Shown in pieces: positions 40,184 to 56,303 of a stretch of DNA of 64,000 nucleotides (positions are counted from its first letter, which is position 1; every line of letters starts with the position of its first letter). Below the pieces are notes generated by a model, which did no database searches, was not told the origin of the DNA, and was given only the letters and a program-made list of their open reading frames with translations. Made by a program: the position numbers and the translations under genes. This stretch comes from the human T2T-CHM13v2.0 reference genome, Homo sapiens. The DNA lies in the NCBI RefSeq assembly GCF_009914755.1, contig NC_060926.1; one strand, given 5' to 3'.

Positions 40184-43100
40184 CTACACAAAACATACTC
40201 AGAGCTGATCCAGTAATGCTAGAATTTAAGAAACACCTGGCAGACTTAGGATCCCATGGGGCTGCCATGTTAAGGAAGCAATTTCTAAAGTCAGACCCAA
40301 GGTACACTAGTCATGAGAGATGTCCGTCAAGAAGTCCTTCACCAGTAAGTTTGGAAATGCTGCATACGACGCTATGAACATGAGCTTAATTACACTATGA
40401 GCATTAGTACTAAAGAGATATTTGTCAAAAAGTTCTTGACAAATAAGTGTGGAACACTTACACCTATTTCAGAGGCTCACAGTGAATTATTATAAACTTA
40501 AGATGCTAAGATGTCCTGCATAAACTGTGCACCTTTGTCCAATTTCCCAAATGTGTATCTATTGAGATTCTTTATCTTGTGGGTGAAGCCAATTAACAGA
40601 GCTCCCCAAAACTAACTTTGAGGAAAGCTTTCATATAGATTATTCTGAACAGTTACATTCTTTCACTCTGGGTGTGAGAAAACTGCCCTACTAAACTTAC
40701 ATTTTTAACCACATAAGAGCAAAAACACTCATTTAGGTATTTACTTACATTTAATTTGTCTGTCATTATAATGGAACTTTTACTTATAAACAATTTTATG
40801 GAACCCAACCAAATTTATAAAATTATTTAAAGCAGTATAAAAATTACACTCACCTCAATATACTTTAAAAAAACGCAAGACTTATTCCAAACATGAAATA
40901 TTTCTGATTTAAACTTTAAAAAATCACAGACAGGTATCTACTGGAGCACTATCAAGACACAGTGACTTAAATAACTTTGTGCTGAAGGCACTAAAAGCTA
41001 TTAAATCCAAACATTTGTTGCTTTTGCTGAATATTGCTTAAACTGTCCATCAGGAAAGAAGGTTGAAAAATAACTGCATAGTTCATGACTTTCCTATATA
41101 TGTGGCTTTCTGATTATTGGGTTTCTTCTGGTGGCTTTTTCACAAACTATTTAATCAAGAAAGGCAATCCTATTCTTACTGGGCAGGGAATAGCTAAGTA
41201 ATGATTTCTCTTAATTCCAAATGTTTCTTTCATTTGCAACCAGAAATTTCTTACATGACAAAGACAAACATTTTTGTCCAGTCATGTATTTTGATATAGA
41301 AGTTGAATCTCCCTTTGGAGCTAAACATAAAAATTAACCAAAATCAACTCATATCAAAATCAACATGATACCCTTTTTCTAGCATTTAGCAGTCTAGCAT
41401 AATCCCTGACATGTACTACGCATTCAATAAATGTTTGGTGAATGAATAAATGAAGAAATGAATCAGACATTTGTCAAATACTGTAGTTCAAATATACAAA
41501 TACTATTATTTTAAAATAATTTATATTGAATAATTTAAAAATATATTCTTAGTCCAAATATCCAATAATTCAAAAGATCTGAAACAGTGATAATATGTTA
41601 TTACAGTTATTCATTTCAATATCATAACCATTCTTTTCCCATGCACGGCAATGGAGAACTAAGAAATTTTATTCTAGACAAGATAATATACCCATTCATG
41701 ATACACAGACACTAGATACATAAAACTTAATTATAGAGCTTAGATTATATTCTAACCAGTGAATATGCTTCTTGTGATTTTTGGACCCTAGAATCCATCA
41801 ATTAAAATTCAATATCATAATATTCCCTTACAGAGGAATAGGGCACTCCTGCCTTGAATGCTTAGGCAAAGGTACGTATCCAAATAAAACCAATCATGTT
41901 AAAGCTACGAAGGGTTTCCCTCATTTCCAGTGAAATAGACATGTATAATATCTACTTAACAGTACACTTGCAAATTTTTTCACATTAGTGAAAAGGGAAA
42001 AACTTGTTTTCTCATCACGCTGAGTATCAATTTGATAAGTTTACATAAGCCACAAAATATTGGTTTCATTTATTCAGACAGATAATATGGTTCCTACCAT
42101 ATTCCATTGCCATTTATGAAACATTTGCTTATCTCAAAATACATTAAAAAATCCTTCCCACATAATCCTGGCAAGTTATTTATTTTATTTTAAAATATAT
42201 TAATATTTCAGAACACACTTCCCAGGACATCCTTACAACGCATATGGCACAGACACCACATTTCTTCAATAAAAAATAAAAGCCATTTGTCTCTAAATAC
42301 ACTTGAAAAGATTTCTTGAGGTAATTTTTGTTTTCTTTACTCTCAATGAACAGAATTATTAACATCTGAATATTGACAACTTTTTAATCATCAAACGTCC
42401 ATTATATATTATGGCAAAATTAATAAACTGTAACATGGCAATTTAGATAGATCCAAAATTTCACAAATGATATAAGATATTGTTCTAAGTATTTATACAC
42501 ATAAATCATTGCTAATCCCTGGATGCCTTTTATAAGTAAAATAGCCAGATAACAAAAGAAGCAATAAAAAACACACTTAAAATATACTGTGCAAGGAAAG
42601 TACAATTGAATGCTTTTAAAAATATCAGTACTCTGGGCAGGTTAATATTTGCCAAAATCGTTTGCTCCTTTGAGGTTTGCTGGTTGATCTGAATTTATTG
42701 GAGTTCATTTCATTGCTTTAGAACTCATTAGCATTAGAATTCTGATGATTGAGGGAGCAGCTAATACATACTGCCCCATTTAATCTTAGAGTAGGCTTCT
42801 AAAATAATAGTAAGAATTAACCACTTTGGAACCTCAGAGTAGCCATATCACAGGCAAATGTCTCTTTCAGGCAGTCACTAATTGAGCCCAGTTACTTTTT
42901 ATTTGTCCTTCAAGATACCACACTGCATAGAGCTTATTTGGAAGTCTAATTTTTTGTGAGAACTACTAGGTTATTTACAAGTAGGGACAATGAAACAGAC
43001 ACACTTTCCCTTGGAGACTTTCCAGAATACTGTGAGTTTCCTGAATAGGTATTTCCATGAATTCAATATGGCTTATCCACCAATTTTGGATCTGGTGGAA

Positions 43101-43483
43101 TACACCAAAATAAAAAGGCTTACTACAAAAGCTGACAACCAGGGAGCAGAAAACTGCTAGATCTGTTCTATAAACCCAAGGAAATATATATAATTAATTA
43201 GTCCAGCATTTGTTAATAAGAAGACTGTTCTTAGGACTGTCCTATTAAAAGTTGAGTGAGAGGAACCTGAAAATACCTTTGTCACTATTTTGTCCAATTC
43301 ACTTAAATTATATACATAAATTTTATTACATATTCTTATCTCCATAATAACATGTGGGGCTCAAAAGAAAGGGAAAACATTCACTATATTCAACCATATA
43401 ATACTGAGTTGAAATAGGGATTTAGTTAAACAAAAAGGATGAAAGTGTTGCTGGTTTTAAATGTGTCTAATTTAGTTACTTAC

Positions 43484-43567
43484 CTTTCATATCAATTCTG
43501 ATGTTTCCAAGAGTCAGATAATGGCATCAAGAAATAGACTTGGCTGAACAGTCTACACATACTCATA
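43484..43567 (-). CDS. 84-nt stop-containing cassette exon (phase 1 V*; phase 0 YEYV*)
   Basis: gtatgtttcag|TATGAG...GAAAG|gtaagt. Confidence 0.65.
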
Positions 43568-46080
43568 CTGAAACATACTCTTTAAAAATATTATTAATAA
43601 AGTTAATAAAATCAAAATGAGGAATACAAGGGACAGAGAAGGCCACAATTCTGATACAATAATTCTGCTTCATCTCTAGAATGAAAAAATCATTCTCACT
43701 CTCATTCTTCCTAGTGCAATCCAGACATCCTGCAAAGTTTTCCCATGGTACCACGTTTCTGAGCATAATACATGGTGTGGTTTCATTCCTACTCAGGCCT
43801 TCATTCTCCCAGGAGCTTCTTATTGTTTTTATAATAAAAGTATCTTCTGACTTCTTGGAAAAACTAGGAGGTCAAAATAAAAACTTTTCCCAGAAAGCTT
43901 TTACCGGCACAGCCAGAACTTGCTATAAACTAATATTTGCTACCTTTGTATTTCATGGGTTAGATATTCCCACAGATGAGTGGTTCCAGAGCCACACACA
44001 GCCTTTTCTTGGTATTATATGTCTCATCTATTTCTGTTGAAAGTGTGTATGTACAAGGAAGATTTGGGGAAAACTACAATTTGACTGGAGTTTGTACCAT
44101 CCCCTGGGTATCATGCTAACTTACATAACTGTGAAGGCAGGAGGAGATTAATTGAAGTAAGAATATGTGTGCAAGTGCTAGCTATTTGCTAAGCAGAATA
44201 ACAACACTGGAACTATCTCCTGGCCTGATGTTTAGAGCAACATATAAATGCTCTCAAAGCTTTTCCACTTGTTTCTTTTTTTCCATAGTAATCTGGGAAA
44301 GTGGTTGCATTATTTCCTTTTTTTCTGGATTCTACAAATCTTTTAAAACATGTGTCAAGGTATTAGCTTCATAAATACTTCAAGTAGGAAAACTATACAG
44401 AAGGGAAAATAGAAATGTGTGGACTTTGGAGATTGCAATAAAAAAGAAAAGATAAAAACATACATGTCAAATTATATATCTAGTTATTTTTTAAAATCAA
44501 TTTATCAGAATACCCATTTGACAATTTAGGCTGGCTTTCACTGGAGAAGCACATTAACTCAGTTAAGTGTCTGAATTTCTTCCGTTAAAGAGAAAAAGAA
44601 GGCAAAGTCAGAAAATCACATATTAACAATGAATTGAAGACTGTACTGGGGCGTGCATGTATCACGGTTTCTCACCTTTGTTGCTATTAACATTTTGTAT
44701 CGGATAAGTCTTTCTTGGAAGGGACTATTCTGTGCATTTTAGAATGTTAAGTAGAATCCCTGGCACTAAATGCTACTAGTGTGCCCCGCCCAAATTCACC
44801 CCCAATTCTAAGCTGAAAAGCAATAATTTTTGTAACATTATTTCGGTAACAACATTTAACAGCATTTTGGTAATAATAAGCAGTCACACAGAATGTGAGT
44901 GTAAGCGCTAGGGTCCATGCTAATAACTTTTTACAAAGATACCTTGTTTATTAACCACAGAAACAATAGCTTTAGTTCTAATTATCATCTCCATTTTACA
45001 GAAAAGAAAACAGAGTCTCAGAAATATTAAATAACCTGAGAGTTCTAGTCTGTAATCAGTGGTCAGTGAAATTATGTCATGGCTGTTTGGAAAGCTAATA
45101 TAACAAGACATTTCTTTCATGGAAAATGGCAGTGGACTGAAATTTAATCAGGGCCTCTGTTCTGACCTCAGCCAAAAAATGTGAGGTCCCTGTATGTCAG
45201 TAGTAATATACTGGGAATTAATGTATTAGATTGTATTCAATTGCTCAAGGACAGCTGTTTGAAACAATGTATTAGAAAGAATAGGTTACAGCTCAGGATA
45301 ATTCCTTGGAGATGTGCCTTGGGGGCAACCTGAGGGACAAAAGGGGATGAGATGAGAGGAGATGAGATGAGAGGAGTACTATATCTGAGGCACAAAGCCT
45401 GTAAATCTGTGAATGCATATGCATATATGGATTTCACAGGATCAGAGAATGTGCTGACCTTTAGTGGGTAGGGGTTGGGGTACTAAACGTCCCATAATGC
45501 AAAGGACAGTACAGTATGCTCATTGAGCTTTCAAATGTCCCGCCAGATACCCAACTGGATGAATAACTTGTGTATAATTATCTGAGCCTAGAACCTAGCT
45601 TTAAGTAAATTGAACACCAAGTATTTTTGGCACACCTTTATATAGTTCACTAATTTTTTTTCAGAATACAACAACTATGCAAACCTGGAGGAGTTTAAAA
45701 TATATTTGGTTTGGAAATTTACCAAGAATTCCTCACTATTTCAAAAAAAAATGTCACCAACTGTAACATCTCTCATAGTATGAGTCACCGATGTAACACA
45801 GCTCCATTAGTGTGCAAATGTAGCTTCATATTCATGCTTCTTTTAGGTAAAAGCAGCTGCCTACCTCACTATGTCTTCTATTACCCTCATGCCTGAACAT
45901 CTGCATATTGAGATACACAGAATTTTATAAAAATATTTTTCCTCATATTTTTCCTTCATATTACCATTATGGAATTATAGTGATTTTAAAAATAATATAT
46001 GTTATATAATCTATGTTATCTATCTCATATAACTGGATTATCTATGAATTTCATTTTTAGAGTAGCAAAACTGTACATGA

Positions 46081-46401
<321 letters not shown>

Positions 46402-47703
46402 GAATAAATATATTTTATAAAAAGAATATACTGAATATGAGACCCTGTCAAAAATTCTATCTTTTCTCACACATACAAATACAAGACAATTATAAACTTA
46501 ATAAACATTATTTATAGAATTGGACCAGATAATTTAAAGAAAAGAGAATTCTACAATGTAAAACCCTTTAATATAAGCTGTTTTAATAATTGGAAAACAG
46601 AATGAATAATGTTTTTGTTTGTCATGCCCAATTATTTCAACAAGTTTTTATTAATAACTTGCTACATGGTAGGCACAGCTGTAGGTGTTGGAGATATAGA
46701 GGTAAACAAGTCTGACATGATCTATGCTACCACGGAGTTCTTATTTTCAAAGTGGAAGGTAGAAAATAAATAAAAATGAACTAGAAGAGCAAAGTGCCTC
46801 TGATGAGCATGCAGAAGCATGTTTCAAAATGTCTGTGGTGGGATAAATAGATCAGCAACACACCAGGCCATGCAATTTGGCAGCAAATCACTTCTGCAGT
46901 CTAGCTGCTGTTTTTTCTACTCTGAATCATACTCCCCCTTTCGTCATCTATGCCAGATTCCACTGAGCTTCAACCCTACCCTCCCATTTTACATACGTTG
47001 CCATTTTAATTAATTAAGTGGAAAAGTTTTGACCCATCAACCAGAGCTCAAGCTGCTAGAAGAAGTGAATCGTTTCTTATGCTTCTTTGTGCTCCATTGT
47101 GTCCCCAGTAAAGTGGTGTACACAGGAGGTAATCCATAATGATCAATATATATGGAGGAGAAAATACTAAGAGAGAGGAACACTGTCACCCTGGCAAGAA
47201 AGGGCAGGTGAATGGGAGACTGAATGGGAGATTTAAGAAGTAGACTCTGACTCTCCCTTAATAACTTATTTCCACTTCCTGATGGAATTGCACAATAGGA
47301 TGAGTATAGACCCATTATGAATAGCACATCCATTGAACAAAGTTGAAATTCTGATTTAGCCATTTATTATTGTAACCTTAGGCAAATACCTCAATGTCTC
47401 TGAGTCACACTTTCCTAACAGAGAACAATGAAAACCTAATGAGGTTGTTACAACATAATGCTTCAGAAGCCCATAACAAATTGTCTGGAATATAGTAGTT
47501 AAGTCAATAAGTATAGTTCATTTTCAGTTCACTATTTTAAGAGTTGTGCTTTCATAACTGGCAACAAATGGTATAAGCATTTTACGTCATCAGGACATAT
47601 CAAACACATCATACATCATGTGAACTCCCTAAAAATTGAAATTGAAGAAAAAAGCTACAACAAGAAAAAGTAGTATTACAGTATTTCTATGTTCAAGTGA
47701 CAA

Positions 47704-48059
<356 letters not shown>

Positions 48060-50232
48060 TAGGTTAAAAGTAAAATCAAAGGGACAAAATATAGAGACCA
48101 ATTGAATAAAAAACTTTTCATAGCTGAATCAATACTTTCTAAGCATTCAAGGTAGGAACTCCTTAGCCCCCACCCTCCTAAATAAATGCACATAAAAGCA
48201 CACACCCTTTTTAATGGTACTAAAAGACCTAGAGTATACATTTTAATGAAGTTAATCACTACTTCCTCTCTCTGAGTAGAAATAATACATATCACATATA
48301 GGAATTATATATATCAAATCTCACTCCTTATTTTCATTATATCTTGTTTCTCTCAGGATGTTTTCTTTCTTCAAATGAAAGTCAAACAGTATGATATTAC
48401 ATTACTGCTCAACTTCAGCTTTAATACAATTATTTTAAAGCTATTCAACCAGTTCTTTTGAAGGGATGGCGTTATGTGGACCACCTTGTATAAACTTCAA
48501 TTCTCAAGCTCTCTACATATTGCTGTCAACATTCAGTTCATTGCAGAGCTTAAAGAGTATACTTCACTGATGTAAATGCTACTCACACAGAGTCCAACCC
48601 AGAGCGGGTTCAGCCATTTATGGGGCAGAACAGGGACATGCAGGAATTAGGGCATAGACAGACTCACTTGAAGGGAGTAAGCAATCAAGAAAGTTCCAGC
48701 AGAGCTGGGAAAGAAACCTGAATGGGTAGATAGGTAGTCCAGGCAGTATGCTGGTACGCAGTAGGCACAGTTCAAAGAAAGAAGAGAAGCAGGCAGGGAA
48801 GCTGGAGGAATAACCTTGGACAAAAGAGGTTTGGTCAGAGGGCCTGGCATGCAAAGCTTACTTCCAGTTCTTTATAAACTGTGAATCAAGGCAGAGTTGG
48901 AGTTTCTATGAATTAGGTACTCAACAGGAGCTTCTTCACAGACGTCCTTATTACTAAAACCAGAATTCACTGTCAGAACTGGAATGGCAACATGAGAGAC
49001 TTGATGGTATCACCAACTGGGTCAGGATGCAGGATGGTTCCAGGACCTGGAGAGATTGGTGTACAGCATTTTTGCTATAGGAGATAAACAGATTTAGCCA
49101 AGAAGACCAACTCAACTGGCACTTACACATGGGGTGCAGCAGGTGAGGAAGACAGCTGGGAAGATAAAAAAAGGGAAAGAAGCAGGTGCAGGGTGTATTT
49201 CCTTCATTTCTACTCATCTCTCTCTCTCTATCTCTCACACACACACGCACACACAAACTCTTACATAATTGTCTGGTTAGGGAAGTAACATTTTAATTCA
49301 CAGCTGACATGGGTCACTATTCATACAATAAAACATATAAAGTGGAGGCTGCAAATAATTATGTACCAGAGATTCTGTGAGCAGGATGAAAACCATAGTT
49401 CACAAAACTGTTAGTAAATAAAAAACAGGAGAGGGACGGCTGGCCCTGACTGTCACCAGCTGTGTATAGTCACAGCTCTTCAGTGGAGTTCAAAGAGTAA
49501 TTACAGAGGAGTGAGTTAAATTCTGTAACTGCTGGTTACACAGCATTTAATGCAATGATCCATTTAGCCATCATGCTCCTTCTTTAAGAGGAAAATTTTA
49601 AAGCAGGCTTTTTAAAAAGTGACATTGAAAATATGGCAGCTTAAAAGTAAATTTTATTAGTAAACCACATATGAAAGCTTTGAAATGTTCCCTTAAGCTA
49701 TGTCAAAGGATCATAAATAAGTATAACTGTCAACAGCAGAACAGTGCCATTTTTATATATGAGTAGAAAGCACAGAGAGGTTAGGCAACTCATTTATGCC
49801 AGACAGTTAGATAACAGCAAGTTGAGATTGAAAGCAATTCTCTTGGATGGATACAGTGAAGCTGCCTTTCTTTTTTACATTTCCCAAGAACATATTTAGA
49901 GAAAATGCAACACTTCATTCTCAATCATAACTTAGCACAGAAACTGCCAAATAGAAAGTGTTTGATAATTACTGAGGGGGGAATGATTGAATTTATAAAT
50001 GAATAAATTATACAGCCTCTCCAACAAGTTCTGTAGCTACAGACTGGGGAGGACAGTCCGTTTTCCCAGAGTCTGCCGGGCAGCAGCTGGGTTAGCAAAA
50101 CACATGAAACATGTTTGTGAGAAAACAGCATTGGAAAACTAGTGCCTGGCTCTACCCTAAAAACTCAGATCCTCTTGAGGTATGATTCTTTTTTAAATGT
50201 CCAGTTAGTTCTTCCAGGGAAGCAAGGCTAAT

Positions 50233-50545
50233 ACGGTTGTCTCCCTTATCCACATTTTCACTTTCCAAAGTGGCTGTTACCAGAGGTACACAACAGTAAC
50301 ATATTTTGAGAGAGAGAGATCACATTCACATAATTTTTATTAAAATATATTGTTATAATTGGTCTGTTTTATAAGTTATTGCTGTTAACCTCTTACTGTG
50401 CCTATTTTATAAATGAAATTTTGTTATAAATATGTATGGATAGGGAATAACATAGTACACAGGTTTTAGTACTATCTGCAATTTCAAGCATCCACTGGGG
50501 GGCCTTGGAACATATTCCCCTCATGTAAGGGGAGTAATCGCTATA
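50233..50545. mobile_element. Tigger2/MER2-family relic
   Basis: cccttatccac... and catccactggggg..ttggaacatattcccc TIR-like ends. Confidence 0.7.
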
Positions 50546-50612
50546 CATAATACTAGCTACTTACTCACTAACGTGATGGGCTTAAAACAAATACACTTTA
50601 AAAGTAAGATTT

Positions 50613-50910
50613 AGCTGGGTGTGGTGGCTCATGCCTGTAATCCCAACACTTTGGGAGGCCAAGGTGGGCAAACTGCTTGAGCCCCAGAGTTCAAAACCAG
50701 CCTGGCCAATGTGGCAAAACCCTGTCTATACTAAAAATACAAAAATTAGCTGGGTGTGGTAGTGCATGCCTATAGTGCCAGCGACTCAGGAGGCTGAGGC
50801 AGGAGAATCACTTGAACTCAGGAAGCGAAGGTTGCAGTGGGCGACAGAGTGAGACTATCTCAAAAAATATATAATAATAATAATAATAAATTTAATTTAA
50901 AAAATAAAAA
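50613..50910 (+). mobile_element. Alu with a deletion in the right monomer
   Basis: Alu consensus; TSD aaaagYaagattt. Confidence 0.9.
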
Positions 50911-51514
50911 GCAAGATTTAACATTTATAGAGCTTAATCATTATTTCGTTTACTGGCCTAAATGCCTTACAGATGACATTCATCCTAACAAACTCAATGA
51001 GGAGGTAATATGGTCAGCCCCAGTTTACATACACGGAAGCTCAAGGATGGGAAGATCAGGTCTTTTCCCCAGAATGAAGGAGCAGAGGGAGTTTGAAACC
51101 AGAGCTGACACTTTTACCACACACAATAGTATCCATTAATATGAAGCAATAAGGATGCCATGAAAGATGGAATTGGGAGTATGTGGGGTTAGAATAAGTT
51201 AGCTAAAATGTTCTCTATGCTTGGAATGTCACGGTAGTGACTACCAAGGCTTCTTTGTACAATACTCTTTTCTCAAGATTTGTGCCCTTGGGTAAATCCC
51301 TATTCCATGATTAAAAATAAAAATTCAGTAAAAGAACCTGTTGGTCAAGATGATGCAAGCAGACATCAAGATAAACCTGGTTTCAAATTTTGGCGCTGAC
51401 ACTTATTAGCTATGTGTCCTTGAGCAAGTTATTTAATCTCTCTCAGCTTCATTTTCAGGATATAAAAGGGGAATCATAATAACTTACATAAATTTTTTAT
51501 GAGGTTATAAAGTT

Positions 51515-51700
51515 CTGAACCAGGAGCCATTACGCCCCATAAGGCATTTTTGGTTATCATAACTGGGAGTGGATATTACCGGCATTTACTGAGTAGAGGC
51601 CAAGGATGCAGCTAAATATCCTGCAATGCACACAATAGCCCTACAACAAAAATTTACCCAGCACAGAATGCCAATAAAGCCAGTAAGCTGACAAATCCTT
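51515..51700 (+). mobile_element. MER20-like hAT relic
   Basis: ggcatttactgagtagaggccaaggatgcagctaaatatcctgcaatgcaca. Confidence 0.7.
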
Positions 51701-52599
51701 AAAGAAATACATTTGTGATATCCCTGGCATAATATTAGTAATCAATAAATGATTCTGCGGCTTTATCATATGTATGAAATTTGTGAAGTAATTTAGGCCA
51801 AAGTTTTAAATACTAAACACTAAAGGATTCTTATTCCTTCTTTAATCCAGAAGAGAAAAAGTGATTTATTCTTAATTACTTTTGTCATGTTTGATTTCTT
51901 GTAAAATATTGTTTTTTCTGATTCTTCCCCACATTAAATGAAATTATAATACATTTCAAATGACATTTAAAACAATTCATAAGTTAAGCTATCATTCTGG
52001 CCCAGAAGTCTTGGTGGCTTATAAATGATTTATAGTATCCACTGAGAACAGTGGAGAATATTTTAGAAATGAAAATAAAAAACAAGGGATCATTCAAGAG
52101 TTAGCTTTTTTTGTAGTGGAATCATTCCACCCCTCTCTATTGTCTAAGGAAGTAAGTTGCAGCACATCTTTAAGAAAATGCTACAGATCAGAATCCTCTG
52201 TTTATTTGTCTTGCGCAATTGTCTCAGTGCCTTTCTGGGCCAAAGTTTTGTTTCGCTTTGTTTCTGAAAGCATCAGTCCTGGAAATGGGACCATTTTCCT
52301 GGAATATTTGGAAAGATTTTAATCAGAAAGTGTGGTCAAGGGAACGAGAGATTCCTATGTTCAACAGAGAAGACAGCTGCAAAATAAAACTCCTTGCTTT
52401 GGAGCTCAACATTAATAAGCTTTCTGTGTACCCAGTAGAATTCTAGATACAAGTATAAGCACCAGAAACTCTCAAACGACACTGGCTTTTGTAAAATAGG
52501 ATCTCAAAGCCTTCATTTCAGCTCTCAAAAGTTAACATATATACTATTTACAAATTAGTAATTTGCATTCTTCTTTTACCTAGGAACATGTCTTTACAA

Positions 52600-53900
52600 A
52601 ACTACTATTGGTGAATGCTTTTGTAATAAGCTTGTTTTTTTTAATTCATTTATGGAGTATTTATTGATATTTTTATAGAAAGTCAACTGGTTTTTGTGAA
52701 TTGATCTTGTATTTTGCAACCATGCTGAACTAATCAGTTCCACTTTCCTTAGCCTTTTCTGTATGCAAGATAATGCCATTTGTAAGTAGAGGTAGTTGTA
52801 TTTCTTCCTTTCTAGTCTGGATACCTCTTAGTTTCTTTTCCTTACCTAAGTGCCCTGGCTAGAATCTCCAAGACAATTCTGAATGGAAGCAGCAAGAGTG
52901 AGCATTCTTGTCTTGTTTCTGATTTAACGGGAATGCAGTCAGCAATCATTCAGCAGCTGTGTGATCTCAGCAGCTGTGTGAATTTCATAAATTTTCTTTA
53001 TTAAGTTGAGGAACTGTCCTTCTATTTCTAGTTTGCCATTACAACGATTTGTTTCCAAACATTAAACTAACATTGCATTCTACATCCTACTTAATTATGA
53101 TGTGGTATCATTTTTAGATTTTGTCGTAGTGTCTTTGCTAAATTTTTCTTCAGAATTTTTGTGTCTACATTCATGAGATATGATCTATAGTTTTTTAAGT
53201 TATTTTGTCTAACTTTGATGTCAGTATAATTTTTAAAACAGACAATAACAAGTGTCGGTGAAAATGTGGAAAAATTGCTGATTTTTCTTATCATACACTG
53301 CTGATAAAAATGTAAATGATGCAACCCCTTTGGAAAGCAGTCTGGTAGGTTCTTAAAATGTTAAATATACAGTTACCACATGACCCAGTGATTCCACTGT
53401 CATATACATACTCAAGAGAACGGAAAATATATGTTCACATAAAAACTTGCTTATAAATGTTCAAAGTGTTATTCATAACAGGTAAAATATGGAAACAACC
53501 CAAATATCCATCAACTGATGAATGAATGAATAAAATATGCTATATTCACAAAGTCAAATATTATTCAGCCATAAAAAGAAATGAAGTACTAATACATATT
53601 ACAATATTAGGACATTATGCTAAGTAAAAGAAGAGAGTCCCAAAATGCCACATCTTATATGATTTCATTTGCATGAAATGTCCTGAACAGGTAGGTCTAT
53701 AGAGCTATAAGTAGATGAATAGATGCCAGGAACTGGGGACAGTGAAGAATGGGAAGGACTATAAATGGTTGTGGGTTTCTTTTTGGATAATGAAAATATT
53801 CTGGAATTAGCATGACAGCTGCACAATCTTCGGAATATGCTAAAATCCACTGAATTGTACACTTTAATTTTATGGCATGAGAATGATATATCAAGTTACA
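52600..53900. mobile_element. Old L1M relic: antisense ORF2 piece (~52600-53230) joined to a sense 3' end (~53232-53900)
   Basis: Antisense RT-region sequence followed by L1MB-like 3' sequence (ggaaacaacccaaatatccatcaactgatgaatg). Confidence 0.75.
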
Positions 53901-56276
53901 TGTTATGCACACATACACACATATGCACACACATCTATTGCTGATCTCAGTTTCAAGAAACATGGAAATTAAAACTAGAAATAACATTTCTTGATAGCTC
54001 ATGTAAACATGCTGTTTTAACAAATGAAAACTTGAGATACAGAGAAGTTAAATGACTTGTCCAAAATTGCAAAGTTATTTATATAAAATTTCAAAAAATT
54101 ACTTATAGTCCTGGACTGCTTCTATAACCATTTTCTTATACACAAAAATTCTCCGATGTTGAAATCATTAAAACAAAAACAAAGTACTACTTTGACTCTT
54201 CCACTGTTCTCAAAAGAATTTTTTTTTTCATGTCATGTTGCTTTCTCTTAAGTTGTATGAAATGTCCTGGGACTCCTCTTATCTAACAGATGAAAAAATA
54301 AACATTAAAGATCAGGTATTTATCTCCATAAAAAGGTTAGCGAGAAAGAGAACAACAGATCTGCCTCCATAAGGCATTAATTTTCCATATCAGATGGAGA
54401 CAGAAGCTCTTCAAAGGACTTAACAACTTTTTCCCAGCTTTCTTTCTCTCCTCATCCCTCCCTCCCTCCCTCCCTTCTTCCCTCCTTCCCTCCTTTCCTT
54501 CCTTTCCTACCTAGCAATGTAACTTTTCTTAAGTAGTCCTCTCTTCTTAGGGTAAATGTACTCCGCATTTTAAATGATTTGAAACCTACCAAGGTCTGTT
54601 TTGACCTAAATAATGGAGGCTTAAAAAAGAATTATTACAGAAAATAAGCACTGTGGTAAACCCCAAGCTGGTGAAGTTGGTGCACAACAAGAGAGACATA
54701 TTATCACCTACATGGAGGAAGTATATATGACACCCATGGAAGGACCACACAAATCTATGAATTTCTAGACCTTGCTTCCTCTCAGGATTTACCTTTAGCT
54801 TCTCAGGCGTGAACTTGCAGAAGCTCTCTGCCAGAAATGAGTGCTCAGAGTATTATTTACACTCTGCCTCTGGGCCTATATCAGGGGACTGCAAGGGCTC
54901 TTCTACCCTGTATGTTAGCAGACAAGATGTAAACGTTTAACCAAAGCAATAAAAACAAAAAAAAGCAAACATACATCAAAACCAAAATTGTGTATTTCCA
55001 AGAAAATTACTATTCTCTACTGAGTTCTCACAAATTAACTTGTAACTTCATAGTCAAAATATGATATAAAGCTAACATAATTTAAGCAACTGTCTCTGTT
55101 AATCCTTACATTGGTCTCATTACCACCATTTTCGGGTGAGTAGTATATAAGTTTTTGTAAAAATTAGGTAACATTTGGAACAAATGAACACGTGACTTTT
55201 TTGCCTACTCTCTATTTACAAATATGCTGATACAGAGATAAGACTTTAAAGATTATATGTCCATTGACAGAGAAATAATTATTTATTCCCATCCACTATG
55301 ATATTTGTTTCTCTCGATAATCCTGTGAATTGACTCAAGCATATATGATAGAGGCCCATTTACACATAAGTACATGATAACATGTATTCAAATTACTGGG
55401 AAATCTTGTTAAAATGTAGATTATTTTTCATTAGGTATGGACCTAAGATTCTGCATTTCTAGCAAGCTCTCAGGTGATGCTGATGCTTCTAATTCTCATA
55501 TCACACTGTAAGAAATAAACACACTCTAACCACTAGAAAAAAAAGGGTTATATATGAGATGGATCCATCATTTGCTTTAAATAATTGTACTATACTGACC
55601 AAGGCTATAGATGTTGATCTAATCATATGGTTTATTGTCTTCCACAACAACAACAACAAAAAACCCAACCAGATGCTAGGAAAAAAACACGGACTTTTAT
55701 AGACAGAGTAATGGGGAATACTTAAATCTAGGAAGTTAAATTGAAAAAGAAAGGCTATAATATGATTCATTTGAATTAAGCTAAGCTATTTGGAGAAAAA
55801 TCATTGTAATATCATCAATCAGATCAGATATTTTAACCAATGATTCTAGTCCCTCCAAGAGTACTCTCTGCTTCTGGCCCAAAATGACCCCAAATGGCAA
55901 TCCAGACACAGCATTTGTGATGTTGAATCAGGGTCAACAAGGAGGGATTTTGTTAATTCCTTTCCTCATAATATTATCATTTGTATATAGATACATACAA
56001 CCATATTCTCCACAAAATGGGTTAGTATACCATCTGTTATCTTAGAAAATCTAGACGCTTTTCTATTAGCTATTACAACTGAGAATAATTTCTGGACTAG
56101 GCCTGCTAGTTAAAAAAAAAAGAAGAAGAAAAATTTAAATAAAAAACTAAAGGCAATATAAGAAATCTCAAGCATTTGCAGAATAAAATTGCATTTTACC
56201 TTAAAATAACTTTTGCACCAATGAATGATTCTGAGACTGCTGCTGACTATTTTCCAAATTAACAGAATACTCTCAC

Positions 56277-56303
56277 CTTCATTTGTATTGAGAGTTTCCC
56301 ATA
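56277..56303 (-). CDS. 27-nt microexon (phase 1 VWETLNTNE; phase 0 YGKLSIQMK)
   Basis: tttgttatttatgcaag|...GAAG|gtgaga; UGC just upstream of the AG. Confidence 0.65.

Noticed and set aside
43484-43567. Idea that the stop-containing exons indicate an unprocessed pseudogene
   Set aside because: Splice sites and regulatory motifs look intact and no parent protein was recognised; alternative termini fit better
43681-44040. 119-aa plus-strand ORF
   Set aside because: No recognisable homology or splice context; the composition fits a chance ORF
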